DNA of 64,000 nucleotides from Eledone cirrhosa (Eukaryota). The notes under the pieces were generated by a model. The model did not search any database, was not told the DNA's origin, and saw nothing but the letters and a program-made list of their open reading frames with translations. The stretch spans positions 161,944,001-162,008,000 of the forward strand of contig OZ024743.1 of assembly GCA_964016885.1 (NCBI GenBank). The letters run 5' to 3'. The stretch's first letter is position 1. Each line of letters starts with the position of its first letter. Made by a program: the position numbers and the translations under genes. Of the stretch, positions 35,700 through 48,972 are shown in pieces.

Positions 35700-38600
35700 T
35701 CTTCATTGAACCAGTTTCAAAATGTGGTCTCCAACTACAACACGGCTCCACTTTGTTGGATGTTTGCAGCAATGCAGCCACTCCCTACAATATCCCGTGA
35801 CATCAAGACATTTTCTGGCAAAGGTCCAGCAATATACACAGTTACTCTTTCCATAGGTGCACCCACTTGGTACAGCTGAAGAGGGGCATACCTCCACTTC
35901 TTGGGTTCCTTCTTGGCGCAGCATACATCATAGGACCAACACCATTCTTCAACGTCTTGATGCATGCCCATCCACTAGAATCTCTGTCGCAGCCGATTCA
36001 AGTTTTATTTACTTCGAAATGTTCACTTGTAATCAGATCATAAGTTTCTTCTAACAGCTCAGGTTTCATCTTCTTAGGTATCACCCAGTTGCTAATACTT
36101 GTTAAGGCCATCGGGTGTCTCTCATTGCTTCTCAAGTCGCCCGTTGTTCAGATGAAAGTCCCACTGGCTCCAGTAGCTCTTAGTCTCAGGGCTGAACCAA
36201 TCTATCACTGGTCTTAAGTCTGCATCTTCTATTTGTCTCTTTAGTTCTTCAGTCAACACATGCCCAGTCACTGCAGTACAGTTGCACTTCTTGCTATGAT
36301 CTTTCCTTCCACTACAATGCTTGCAATCCTGGTCACAAGACCGACAACTCAAACAGTCAGCATTGCCATGTACCTTCCCTGGATGGTGCTATACCTTATA
36401 GTTATACTGGTCCAGCTTCCCTAGCCAGCATGCCAATTGACCCCCTCAGGATTCTTCAGTGTCTTCAGCCACTTGAGTGCTGCATGGTCTATTCTGATGG
36501 TAAAGTTAGACCCATACAGGTACAGATGGAAAAAGTCAATGCTCTTCATTACTGTCAAAAAGCTCCTTATGAGTCACACAATAGTTCTGCTCCGGTGGAC
36601 TGAGCTTCTTACTGTAACATGCCACCACATATTCTTTGTCATCCTTCTGAGACAGTATTCCCCCAGAACTGTGGTTACTGGCATCACAGTCCAGGAGGAA
36701 TTGCTGACTCTGGTCCAAATATGGCAACACGGGAATTCACTAGCACATGTTTGAATTCATCAAAAGCCCTCTGAGTCACTGGGGTCCATGCAAACTTCTG
36801 ATTCCTTCTCAACAGCTTGTGCAAAGTTGCAGCCACTGTCGCAAAGTCCTTTACAAAGTGCCTTTAGTAGGTACAGAGTCCTAAGAAACTCCTCAACTCC
36901 TTCACACAGGTCAATCCTTCACAGCTGCCACCTTCTCTAGATCTGTATAGATACCGTCTTCGCCCACAATGTGTCTCAGGCACTTCATTCTGGAACAGAT
37001 AACACCTCTTCAGGCTCAACATGAGACATGCTGTTCAAAACCATTCAAAAACCTCTGAAAACCTCTCCAATTCCTGATCAAAAGTCTGTTCAAATACAAT
37101 GACACCATCAAGATAGATGAGGGCTGTCTGCCAGTGTAGGCCCTCCAGTATCCGATCCATGATGCACTCATGTTGCAGGAGCATTACACAAGCCAAATGA
37201 CATGGCCTTGAACTGCCACAAACTCTGCCCATATGAAAATGCAGTCTTCTCCTTATCTTTCTCGGCAACTCTGATGTGATGGTATCCTGCTTTCATATCC
37301 AAAGTAGAGAACCACTGGGCACCTGCTGAAGCATCAAGAGTGTGATCAATTCTTGGCAAGGGATACACATCCTTCACTTCATTTAGAGCTCGATAATCCA
37401 CACATCTCACTGAATCATCTTTCTTCCACACCAAAACAACTGCTGATGTCCAGAGACTGATTTTTCTATTACTCCTGGGCATTGATAATCCATCACCTTT
37501 TCCATTTCTTGTCGCTGAGCTGATTGCTTGATTGGGCAATGATCCCCAGTGTCAATATGGTGCTCCACCAGGTTCATGCAACCAAGGTCTACATCTCCTG
37601 CAGAGAACACATCAGCATACCTCACTAGCAGGTGCCTCAACCGCAACACCTGAGTGTCATCTAAGCACTGACAACTCTGTACGAACATGTCTTGTGACTG
37701 CACACTTCCTCCAACTACACTCCTGCAGGTACACAGTCAACACTGCCGCTGGTCCACTGCATGGCACAGTTCCACAATCTGTTCTTTGTTAATCTTCTGT
37801 GCCTCCCTTGAGTAATTGGCTGCCACAACCAGCATTTAACTTTTACACTATCTGTCAGGCTCCACCATCCCCAGCCACTCACACTATACTGGGGCAATAG
37901 TTCTGATCTCAGTGGAATCACTGTTGCCTGTAACACTCACCTCACCACCAGCAGTGGTCTGCTTTACCACCTTGACAGGGACTGGTCTTCCTTGCACCCA
38001 AAGCTTCATGTAGCAGAAGTTCAGCTGACACCCCATGGACACCAAGTAGTCCAGACCCAAGAGACAAGGATCCTCCATCTCCACCACATAGACAGAAAAC
38101 ATGACCTCGTGCCCTACAACTTCAATCAGGACATCAACCTGTCCCCTCAGTTCAGTATAGTGCCCAGTAACACCACACTGCTGCTGTGATGACTCTGGTA
38201 GGTCTCGATGCTGTAACACCTCGAGTCTCACAAAAGTCTGCTCTGAGGCAGAATCAATCACAAGGGGACACTTCTGGCTATCAATCCTCCCAGCCACTTG
38301 TACGCTGTCAATTACAGTCCTTTTATGTATCCTTGGAATCTTCTGTTACCTTCCTCTTACTTTCTTTCTTTCTTGCAGAGTACTCAAAACTCAGATGTCC
38401 CTTTTCACCACATGCCCAGCACTTTCTCCTAAATGTAGACTTTCAACAATTGTTCTGCTTCAGAACAATGTTGCTTCTTGTGTCCTGCTTTCCACAGTGC
38501 CAGCAGCTTCCTCCAACCATCTTGTGTTCTTACTTCTTCAAACAACCCTTTCTTTTTTATGTAAATCTTCCTGCTTCACGTATTTGCTCCATCCTTGCTT

Positions 38601-39870
38601 TGAATCCGGAACTGTACTAGAACTTACATATGACTCAAATTCCAGAGCTCTAGCCAATACCTCTTGCATAGTACTTGGTTGTGCCTGCTTCACCTGAACT
38701 TTGAACTCTGCATTGCCGTAGGGTATGTTTTATGTGCCACACTCTCCAGGTCCTGGGCAAGTTGCTTCAGTGACTTCTTTTTAGCTCTTACACAGGCCTG
38801 TACACTTCATTGTGGTACATAGCCATATCTTCTCTGCAACACTTCAACTAGCGATGAATAACGGCTCCTGTCCTCCACTGACAATTGGCTCAGCACCATT
38901 TAAACTAGTGGCAAGCTGAACTGCTCTTTGTCTATTGTCCCACCCTTTCTGGTCAGCCAGCAGCTCAATGGTAGGCCTCCCAAAACACGTTGCTGTCAAA
39001 TTCCTGTGGCATCTTCTTAATGGGAACTTCATTGTAGCCTTGCACTTTGCTGGATTGGGGCTCTAAATACTGGAGCCTCATGATTCAGTCCAGTGTCCAA
39101 AACTATCTACTGACCACAGCAAACGCAGCCACTCCTGAAAGAGCACCTTCAAAATTCATTACATATCCATCATTGCCGTACATTCGCTGCACATCAGCCT
39201 GAGGGTCAGCAGCACAAAGCTGTTCTACGGCCTCCACTCTCGTATTTAACTTTTTCAACTGTTGGTCTACATGCTGCTTGCACCATGTAACATCATCACT
39301 CACTTCATATCTCTACCACTGTAAATCTTCACATACCTTCTCCTTGAACTGTTGTTTTTCTTCTTACAACTGCTGTTGATCCTTCTCAATTCCTCTCATG
39401 AATGTGTCCAGCTGTCCCCTAAGATGTGTGTGCTGCGATTTCTGCTCTTCCTTAAATTCAGTCAGTCTATCAATTTAGTCTTTTAACATTTTCATCATTG
39501 CAGCCAGAGACACCTCTTCCTTCCCTGACTGCCTCCTTGTGCACACTTCTACCAATTCCTTAGTGAATAATTGGCTCACTGCTGCAATGAAAATCCTACT
39601 TCTGACACCAAATGTTGCCAAATGCGGTCTCAGGGGAAACTGCAAGCTTGACCAGCTAGTCAACTTCCTTAGAATGGAAGAAATAGATGCACCAGCCAAC
39701 TTTACACCAACTGTCTTTACCTCGCCACCGACTGCTCATGCTTCAAATCAGTCACGTGATCTCTTGTTCGTTTCTCCTCACTTTCTTTTGTAGATCTGGG
39801 GAGCAGTGTTTCAAATTCCTGTGATACTATTTGTAGCTGATGATTGACTTTAAAATTGCCTTCATAACAG
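35700..39870 (-). mobile_element. Decayed Ty3/Gypsy LTR retrotransposon, 3'-truncated in the integrase
   Basis: Order gag (GWDNRQRAVQLATSL), protease (LVIDSASEQT), RT (VLVWKKD..RCVDYRALN, YPLPRID, STLDMKAGYH, YLDG), RNase H (LDCDAS..GGILSQ), integrase (WC...DVC, PMERV.V.IAGPLP); LTR end (CA) at 39613; right boundary uncertain. Confidence 0.9.
39593..39610 (-). other. Gypsy primer-binding site (tRNA-Leu)
   Basis: TGGTGTCAGAAGTAGGAT, 2 nt after the LTR-terminal CA; complementary to a tRNA-Leu 3' end (..CACTTCTGACACCA). Confidence 0.8.
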
Positions 39871-42800
39871 TATTGTTTATGTAGGATGTAAACATCACTT
39901 ACTTTAAACAGTATCGACACGAAGACACTCATGAACACCCCTCCCCCATACACATATATACATATGTACACATAATGACGTTTTTCTTCAGTCTTTACCA
40001 AATTCACTCAAGGCATTAATCAGTTGAAAGCTATAGTAAAACCACAGTACGATCAAACCAAAAACCATGTGGTTGGGAATTGAACTTCTTAGCCCCAAAG
40101 CCATATCTGCGCATAAAATGCCCCCCCCCCCCCCCCAAAAAAAATGGAGAATATGTAGAGAGAAAAATATCTCATGTTTTCACTGATAATGATGAAAATG
40201 AGATTTTACTTTTGTTATCATATGTGAAATTGATTTTATATTACGCAGTAATACAGAGTACCCGACCTCCCACGGGTACAAGCCGAAGCTGAAGCATATA
40301 GACAATATGCCCCCACACACTCCCACTGCAAAGTGGTCGTGGAGGTGCCACGGCAAAAAAGCACCCAGCCCACACTGTAAAGTGGACGTGTAGGCGCCAC
40401 GGAAAAAAAGCACCCAGCACTCACTGTAAATGAGGTTGGTGTTAGGAAGGGCATCTGGCTGTAGAAATCAAGCCAGAATCAGTTCCTGTATGAGCAAGAA
40501 AGGTCAGCCGACCAGACACTGCCCACAACATGACAACGCGTCTAACCCATGCTAGCGTTGAAGAACGGACGTAAAACAGTGATGATGATGATGATGATGA
40601 TTAAAATCAATGCAATTTTGGAAAAGAATCTGTTGCTCTAATGCTTCCACTGCCTTCGACTAGTGCATATATATTACCAACCATTGATGAGACATGAACT
40701 CAATATCCAGGTACCTATAGATCGGTACTGTTCCCATTTAGTAGATATGGCTATTTGAAGGTTAATTAGTGAGACTTTCTATTCTGTCATATTTATGTAG
40801 TCACTACAATGAAAACTGACCATTACTGCTATGCTGTAATAATGATTTATGACATGAGTACAGACTATTAACCTCATCTTTAAAAATGAAAAATGTTTCA
40901 ATAGTTACATTATCACTGTTTTGATTGGTCAGATCCCTGATCATCTTTAAAAGTGTTGAACTAGGATTCTGAAGGGAATACATTTCTCATGCACTAGGCT
41001 ACTGATAATGATCAGAGGTGAAACTGGTTTAAATGTAGTGTAGATGTTAATAGTTCTGAAATATTACAACAAATTGTTATCATCATCATTTTCCACGTGA
41101 CATGGGCTGGACGGATTATCATGGTCAACATATCTCTGATATTTAAACAATGGTTATTATTAATCAAATCAACCATTCATCTCACTCTCAGATAGATATT
41201 TTACTGATCTCTATAAGTTAAACTAATTTCTACATGCCACAGTTTTAACACAGAACCATATCAGCATCCGTCTCATCAGCCTGCAAAAGTTATGGAAATT
41301 GTCTTTCCTCTCCTGACTAACAACTTAAAGCATTTTGCCTTTCTTTGTTGTAAGAATTTTCAAATGGGGCACTGTGTCTAGTAGAAACGATATATTAAAT
41401 GATTCTAGGCTGGAAGAATTTAATCTGCAAAGATTCCTCCTGGTGTCTTTTGCCAATGTTAAAAATTGTTATAAATGTTATATATTTCATAAATTAGATT
41501 AATGGAGAAAGATGCTATATTGTTTAGAGACTCTACAATTGAAACCTCACTGTTTTGCATTCAAGTTCATGCAGGAATTCATTGAATTTGTTTTCCCTTC
41601 ATCTGGTGCTGCTGAAAATAAGTGTCAATAAAATACTATAGCAGATTCAATAACTAGTTTTCTCCTTGTACTGAATAGAAAGCAATAATGTTTGATAACG
41701 GATTCTAGAATAATAATTTTGTTTATATTGTGTCCACTGACACTGAGTTGCAGTCATGAGTAGAGGTTTTAATATTTATATAGGGTCTAAGAGGACTTCA
41801 CTCTGGGCGTTCATATGACAACACCTCTAGTGCTGGTGTTATGATAAAATGCATTCAAACAATATCTAATATGAACGAAATGAGGTCTAGAACCATAACA
41901 ACCCGTCTAATAGCACGAAAGGTGAACGTTAAAATTATGTTGACGATGATGATAGAACCCATTTACTTCCCCTCCCTTCAGATATTTCTTATATCTCATT
42001 GTTAAAAGTACTGGAGCCTTTATTAGCCTAAAAGACTGACAAATATGTGTGTGCATATACACGAGTGTTTGTGTCTCTTCGTTTGAATGTTTCAATTGGA
42101 AGAGATCAATGACTGCGAGAAAATATGGCTAGTAAGCAAACAAACTCACTGTATTCAAGTTATTCAAAACACTATTGATTGAATATCTAGCAGTCATTGA
42201 AAGTTATCCAAATGTAGAGTTAACTCTGATGATCTGTGATAATTTTACAGACAGATGGAGAATAGTATATAACCAAAGAGTTGGCAAAATACCAGTTCAC
42301 AAGGTCCCGAAAGGAAGGAGACTACATATAAATATACTGGCAAAACTAGTAAATGTTCAACAGTGAAATTGTTTAAAAGTTGGTAACAATAAAAATAATG
42401 ATTTTTAATAAAGGCAGAAGACCCGGATGAGAAATTATTGTTTAATCGTTATCGACTTTTAAACGGTATTATAAAAGACCCCCTTTTTTTATTTTTTTTT
42501 ATTCAGAAGCTTTTGTAGATTACCTCCACAACGAATGGCATCGATCTCATTATTAATGCTGAAGCCCATCCGAGTGGTCAATAAAGAAATAACTATTAAT
42601 GCTGAGGAGGGCGATAGATTAGCAGAATCGATAGAGCATCGGACAAAATGTTTGCGCTTTTTAGTTGCGACTTTTTACGTTGAGTTCAAATACAACCGAG
42701 AGCAACTTCACATTTCGTCCTTCAGGGGTCGATAAAATAAAGTAATTAAGTACTGGAGTCGATACAGTCGAATTTCCCTTCACTCAAATCGCTGGCCTTG

Positions 42801-44126
42801 AGTCAATATTAGAAAGAATTATTAATGCTGAGGATTTTAATGGACGAGTTGAGCAAAATCTAACGTATGTAGAGGTTATGGTTTTGGTAGGAAGAAAAAG
42901 GTGGGGATGAAGCCTCTCTGAGTTCTGTCATGGAAATAATCTAATCATTTGCAACACTAAAATTGGGAAACCGGCCAGCTATCTGATCACCTACCAATCC
43001 AGTGAATACTCAAACCAGGGAGACTTATTATTCAACAGACATCGGAATAGACAAATTCTTGTGAATGCATTATTTTTCTCCGGTGAAGAATATACCAGTC
43101 AATATAGACTAGTGATTTTAGAGTAAATTCTAACAAGACAATTTAGAGAAAGAAGCTATGGACATTGTAAGAGCTCTCGACTTTTATGTACAGAGAAATT
43201 CTAGTTTATGCATATAACATGAGGGAGAAAGACAGATTTACAACATAGACGAAGACTGGGAGTTTTCTGCGATACAAATTGCCGACCAGATTTGTGGTTA
43301 GTGTAAGGTTCCATCCAGACCGATAGCGACAAGGTAGTGAAATACTACTATAGATAAAGCCACAAAAGTTTCTAAAAACTGGAAGAGGATAGCAGAGAAA
43401 AATATCAAGTAGCTATAAAAGAAATTAGACGTCAAGTATACTTATCAAGCAGACAGTAAGAGATTTGCATATGTTCTGCGACATGAGGATCAAGGGTGTG
43501 AGATGTTCCGGATTGCAAGAGAAGTAAGGTGTAATCGAAGAGAAGTGTATACAGAATGATAGCAGCACAATTATTCATACTTCTATAAGTATGAATATAT
43601 AAACATTTGTATATATACTAACAGCAGGCCAGATAAAATAAATAAAGAAATACCACTGAAGTACTCAAGGTTTATTCAATTAGTAACGATCCTCTTCTCA
43701 AATTTGTGATGCCATGCTAATGTTAGAAATCCGTATTGGCCATGCACAGAATTTAGGTACAAGGCCAGCAATTTTTATGGGGAGGGAAAAGTCTATGAAA
43801 GGATCCAAGTACTTGACTGGTACTTTATTTTATCGATCCTGAAAAGATGAAAAGCAATATTCAACTGGTGTAAACATACACTTAAATATATTTAAACCCA
43901 ACACGTAACCGACCATAATACAGTGAAGTATTTGACTGGTCCTTTATTTTTCCATCCACCCTAAACAATAACTTAATAATGATTAAATTATCTTATTAAA
44001 TTTCTTCAAATTATTGATTATTTTCAACAATTAATAGATAGTGTACTTCAGTAGAAACCTGATCAGATTTGAAAGGGTTAAATTATATTTAATTTGACTG
44101 ATGAAGAATACAGTGGTTCACTTCAC

Positions 44127-47080
44127 CCATTCATTCTTGAGAGGGTCGTGGGGGCAGAGTTCTCAAACACTCCTTCCAGCAGGTCCTGTCACATGCCACC
44201 GTCTCCAACTGATCCGGCTGGATCCCAAAGTGTGATCAGCAAAGCTTCATAAATGTTATCCAACCATCTTGCTCGGGGTCTATCCCTAGGTCTCCTGTCG
44301 GTTGGTTTTGCCCGTAAAATGTGTCCAGCGATTCTGTCCTGAGACATTTTAACCGCATGCCCATAGTATCGGAGCTGTGATCTCTACATTCGGAGAAGTA
44401 GCGGCTCTACCTGGAGTGCTTCTCTGATGTCCGAGCTACGCACTCTATCGAGTTACTCCAAAGACTATTTGGAGGAATCCCATTTCGACCGCTTGTATTC
44501 GCAATCGTATTCTTTTGGTCATTTACCAAGATTCATGACCATAGGTAAGGGTTGGCACGAATACCGAATTGAAGATAGTGAGTTTGGCTTTTACAGCTAC
44601 CGTCTTTCTTCTGATTACTGAATGCAGAAGCTGGTGCATTACTGCATCAACTCCTGCTATTCTTGTACTTAATTCAGCCTCCTGCCTTCCATCACTCATG
44701 AACACAACCCCGAGATACTTGAACTTCTCTACCTGCTTCAGTGAAGCTCCATTTAGATGTAGAGTGCACTGCGCAGGCTTCTTTGAGTGGACGAATGTCT
44801 TAGTTTTCGCAGCACTGATTTTCATTCCATTCATACAGCACTCAGCATCAAACCTATCAAGTGCAAGTCGGAGATCATTTTCTGTCGTCTGCAAATTCCA
44901 GCTAACTGATTTTACGCCCTACAGTCATGATACCACTTCCAACCTGGTTGCGCATGTCAATCCTGTTCATGTAAATAATGAACAGGTGAGGTGACAATAT
45001 GCACCTTTGACGGAGTCCGACTCCAGCATTGAATGGTTTCGATTTAGCGCCATTTATCCGATCACAAATACTTGTGCATTCATGTAGAGACATCAGGGCA
45101 GCAAGAAGCTGACCACCAATCCCATACTCCTGCACAGCCTTCCACAGAAGGACCTTCTCATGGTCGACAAAACAAGAATATACTTCTTGGCAATACTCCC
45201 ACGATTTCTCGAATACCTGCTGCAGTGTGAATATTTTGTAGGTTGTGCTGCGTCCGGGGTGAAAACTACACTGTTCATCAGTTAGGACATCAGCAAAATT
45301 TCTCCCCACTACGTGAGGGTGCACCTCTCTGAAGAGAGGAGAATCTCAGACGCGTTTTTGAAAGCAGGTGTGGAGGAGGGCTTCTTATTACGAAGGCGGC
45401 GGATGGTCTGCCAGAACATTTTATTTGCTGATCTGAAGTCAGATTCCAGCTTAACACCAAAATCCTCCCATGTCTTAACTTTGGAAGCCTTTAGTGTCTC
45501 TGCTGCAATTCTTTGTACCTGCTTGTACCGCAAGTGCAAGAAGGAGGACTTATTTCCAAGCCAAGCTTTGTAAGCCTCCTTATTTGTTTGGATGGCATCT
45601 TTAACCTCTTGAATCAAGGAGTCTTCCTGCCATTCAGTACCACACCAAGCCTCTTTCGCCCGCAGTATTTAACACAGCTGAAGCAGAAACTGTTGCACTG
45701 AACAATCTCCACTCAGTCTCAATATCCTCAGTTCTCTGAATTTGGATGTAATAATATCTATATACCTGGTTCTAACTTCCTTATCCACCAGTGCTTCCCA
45801 CTTTATTGCGCCGTACCTGCAGGTTTGTGGGCTTCTTTGGCTTTAGGTAATCTCAAGTTGCAGATAACTAGATAGTGATCAGTTGACATCCAGCACTGAA
45901 TCAAAGAGATCAGATCCAATAACAAAATCAATTATTGATCACTGTTCCTGATTCCCTTTATACCATATATATATATATATTTATGGATGTCTCTGCGCTG
46001 GAATAAGGTGTTCATAATAGAGAGTCCATTGCTAGAAAAGAAGTCTAGTAAGGCCTCTCCATTCGTATTTAGGTCGGGGTCGCCATTCCTTCCAATCACT
46101 CCTTTCCATATCGGGTGGTTAGTATCAACACATACATTGAAGTCTCCCATCAGGATATATGACTCAGTCTTAACTACATCTAACACTGCAATGACTTCAT
46201 CATGGAAGGACCTGTATTCGGACTTCTTGTTTGGTGCATAAACTTGCACCACCCACTGAGACCTATCTTTCAGCCTAAGCTTCAAAAGGCAAATCCTCCC
46301 TCCTAATGGAATTCAGTCCATAATACATTCTGACAGTTTGGGGCTTGTGAGTATCCCACTCCTGCCTGTGCAGTTATTTCTGGCTCCATATCTGAATAAT
46401 GGAGTTTCCATCCTCCATCTAAATCTTCAGTATCAGATCTACGGAACTTTGCTGAGGAAACCCCGACTATATCTAGCCAGTAGCATCTCGCCTCCTCCAC
46501 TAGTTCCCGTTCCTTACTTGTAAGGGTTGTGATGTTCCAGGTTCCAACTGTTAAGTTTTGTTCCCTTCCGTTCTTTGAGTCTCGGGATACGCAACCTTTG
46601 TGTGTCCATCCTACGCCTCCCAGGACAGGTCGCAGGCCCATCGCCATTTTTGCGGCATGAAATGGAGACTGCAATACATTTTTCGGACAGGCCTTTCTAT
46701 CTACTTAAGGCCTGTTGGCGTCCCTTGTTAACCCGCGCGAAGGACGATGCTGTATGGTTCTTTGTTTTCCTCTTCATATTGCAGTTTCAGTTTCAGTGGT
46801 CTTATTCACGTCAGTCACCAATCTGGTACTTTATCAAACCCGCGAAGACTAGGCTATTTTAGAGGCAGCCTTTACTCGCCTTACTATAGCTACGTCACTG
46901 ACTTGTGAGAGTTTTCTTGGGAGCCACAGGTGTCGCCTTATTCTCCATCTCCCCTAGTAGTTTATCGCTGTTGTTCCGCGGTTGCTTATTTGTCCGGCAG
47001 TTGCCCGCTTATATCGCAACTAGCCAACATATCTGGTGGCCGTATCGCTATCCACCATCTGTGACCTCTAGAAGCACAGC
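44127..47080 (-). mobile_element. Near full-length decayed RTE-clade LINE (APE endonuclease plus RT)
   Basis: VGTWNITTL, DIVGVS, QVYAPN, LMGDFN, GLSIMNTLF, DH; RT EQCSFHPGRST, GLRQRCILSP.LF, FKYLG, PTLTYGHESW; many frameshifts; 5' end approximate. Confidence 0.9.
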
Positions 47081-47136
47081 TAGGTGTTAAAAATTATATT
47101 GTAGACATTTTCATCAAATGACAATATAAAAATAAT

Positions 47137-47288
47137 TGTTTCTACTTTAGGCACAAGGCCAGCAATTACCCAGTGCATTACTGGTACTTTATTTTATCGA
47201 CCCCGTAAGGATGAAAGGCAAAGTCAACCTCGGCGGGATTTGAACTCAGATCGTAAAGGGACGTAACTATGCTAGAAAGCATGGCGTC
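47137..47288 (-). mobile_element. Young SINE family A insertion with 15-bp TSD
   Basis: TSD CAATATAAAAATAAT at 47122-47136 and 47289-47303. Confidence 0.88.
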
Positions 47289-48407
47289 CAATATAAAAAT
47301 AATGTTTTCAGAACATTTAATTTCTATTAACGCCCTTCCCTTTCCTCTTAACAGTATACGATATCTTTCCTTTAAATAGATTTTATGATGCGTAGTTGAG
47401 TTTCATCACGTTCCTCGCATGCTGGGAATTATATTTGAGAGAATTCGTTGGCCATTTTATTATTCTAACATAATTACTCCTATTTATTGCATTTCGTCTT
47501 TATTTACTAAGTTTACTTCTATTTATTTGTTTTTTTTCCCCATTATATTTCTCCAAGGACGGGTTTCTATGCAAACAAATTCTTTGTATTGATTACAGAG
47601 CTAGGGCCTTGTTTAAACAACTAGAATTCGTTGTTTCTCTCCTGTCCTTCCCGTTTTTATGTAAGGCTAACTTCGTTTGTGTGTGTTGCACCAAACACTA
47701 TCAACCATATAGATTGTGAAGAAAGAAATTCTTCGTTAGGCAACAGTCATTTTCTTTTAAGAAAACAAAACAAACAAGTATCCCCCCAAAAAACAAACAA
47801 AAATCAGCAATGAAAGATGTATTACCATTTACGTCTGTAATTATTGAATATCCACCGAAGCTGTTTGCATTAGAAAGTATTTCTTCATTGCTATTTCATT
47901 CACAGACACCATACTAATTTATTTCTGCCTTTCATACATATGACGTATGCACGACATAGATAAAAAGAAATGTTTGCGTCAATAATTTCCCTACATCATA
48001 GTCGAGTCAGTTGGAAATAAAATCTGTGAATCTGTCAATGATATTGTTTCCATAAAATAGAATAGTAAATGAGATTTCCTGAAAATGGAACATTTTCACG
48101 CAACCATCAAATTCGTTAATTCTTTGACCCTATTTTTTGTCGCTGTCTTCACTGATTTATTTTAGAATAATGAAAAAATGTGACTTTTCGTAGAAAAGAT
48201 GTTTTATATTCGCTGACTTGCACAGGTCTACTCACATATGCATACATATAGACTTGCAGAGGTCTACTCACATATGCATACACATACACACAAATACATT
48301 AACTCACGTACAGAAACTAAACATGCACATATACGCATATATACATTAAGACACATACACTCGTATATACATACACATCTAAAAAGTCTAAAGTCTGTAT
48401 TAAGCTA

Positions 48408-48658
48408 GAAGGCTCATTTGGATGGTGTTTATCCCGTTTTCATGGCGTGAAGCGACTGAGAGTACAAGACTTCCCCCTGGACAGGACGCCAGTCCATCGC
48501 AGGGTTAAACCCCCCAGCTATTGCTGGTACTCATTTTCAGCTGAGTATACTGGAGCAATGTGAAATGAAGTGTTTTGCTCAAGAACGCAACACAGGAATC
48601 GAACCCACGACATTATGATCGTAAGTCTAACACTCTTACTACTAGGCCACGTGCCTCC
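48408..48658 (-). mobile_element. tRNA-derived SINE family B copy
   Basis: ggaggcacgtggcctagtagtaag A-box-like, ggttcgattcc B-box, ctgcgatggactggcgtcctgtccagg motif. Confidence 0.78.
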
Positions 48659-48867
48659 ACATACATACACATGCACGTACATGTATAGTTGCACACTCGT
48701 ATACCTATACACAGAGCATGAATGGACAAAGCAGCTAAGTGTGTTTAGTTCGGTGTTACGATTTCAAATCATGACAAGGTCGACTTTATTTTTCATCTGT
48801 TCGGGTTTGATAAAATAAGTACCTGCAATGTACTAAATCGATTCAACACACTAACATTATCTCACTC

Positions 48868-48972
48868 AAATCCCGCCGAGGTTAACTTTGCCTTTCATCC
48901 TTACGGGGTCGATAAAATAAAGTACCAGTAATGTACTGAGTAATTGCTGGCCTTGTGTCAAAAGTAGAAACA
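48868..48972 (+). mobile_element. 5'-truncated SINE family A insertion with 12-bp TSD
   Basis: TSD ATTATCTCACTC at 48856-48867 and 48973-48984. Confidence 0.85.

Noticed and set aside
35560-35700. 3' LTR of the Gypsy element
   Set aside because: No second copy of the sequence beyond 39613 is visible; the element stops within the integrase next to a SINE remnant.
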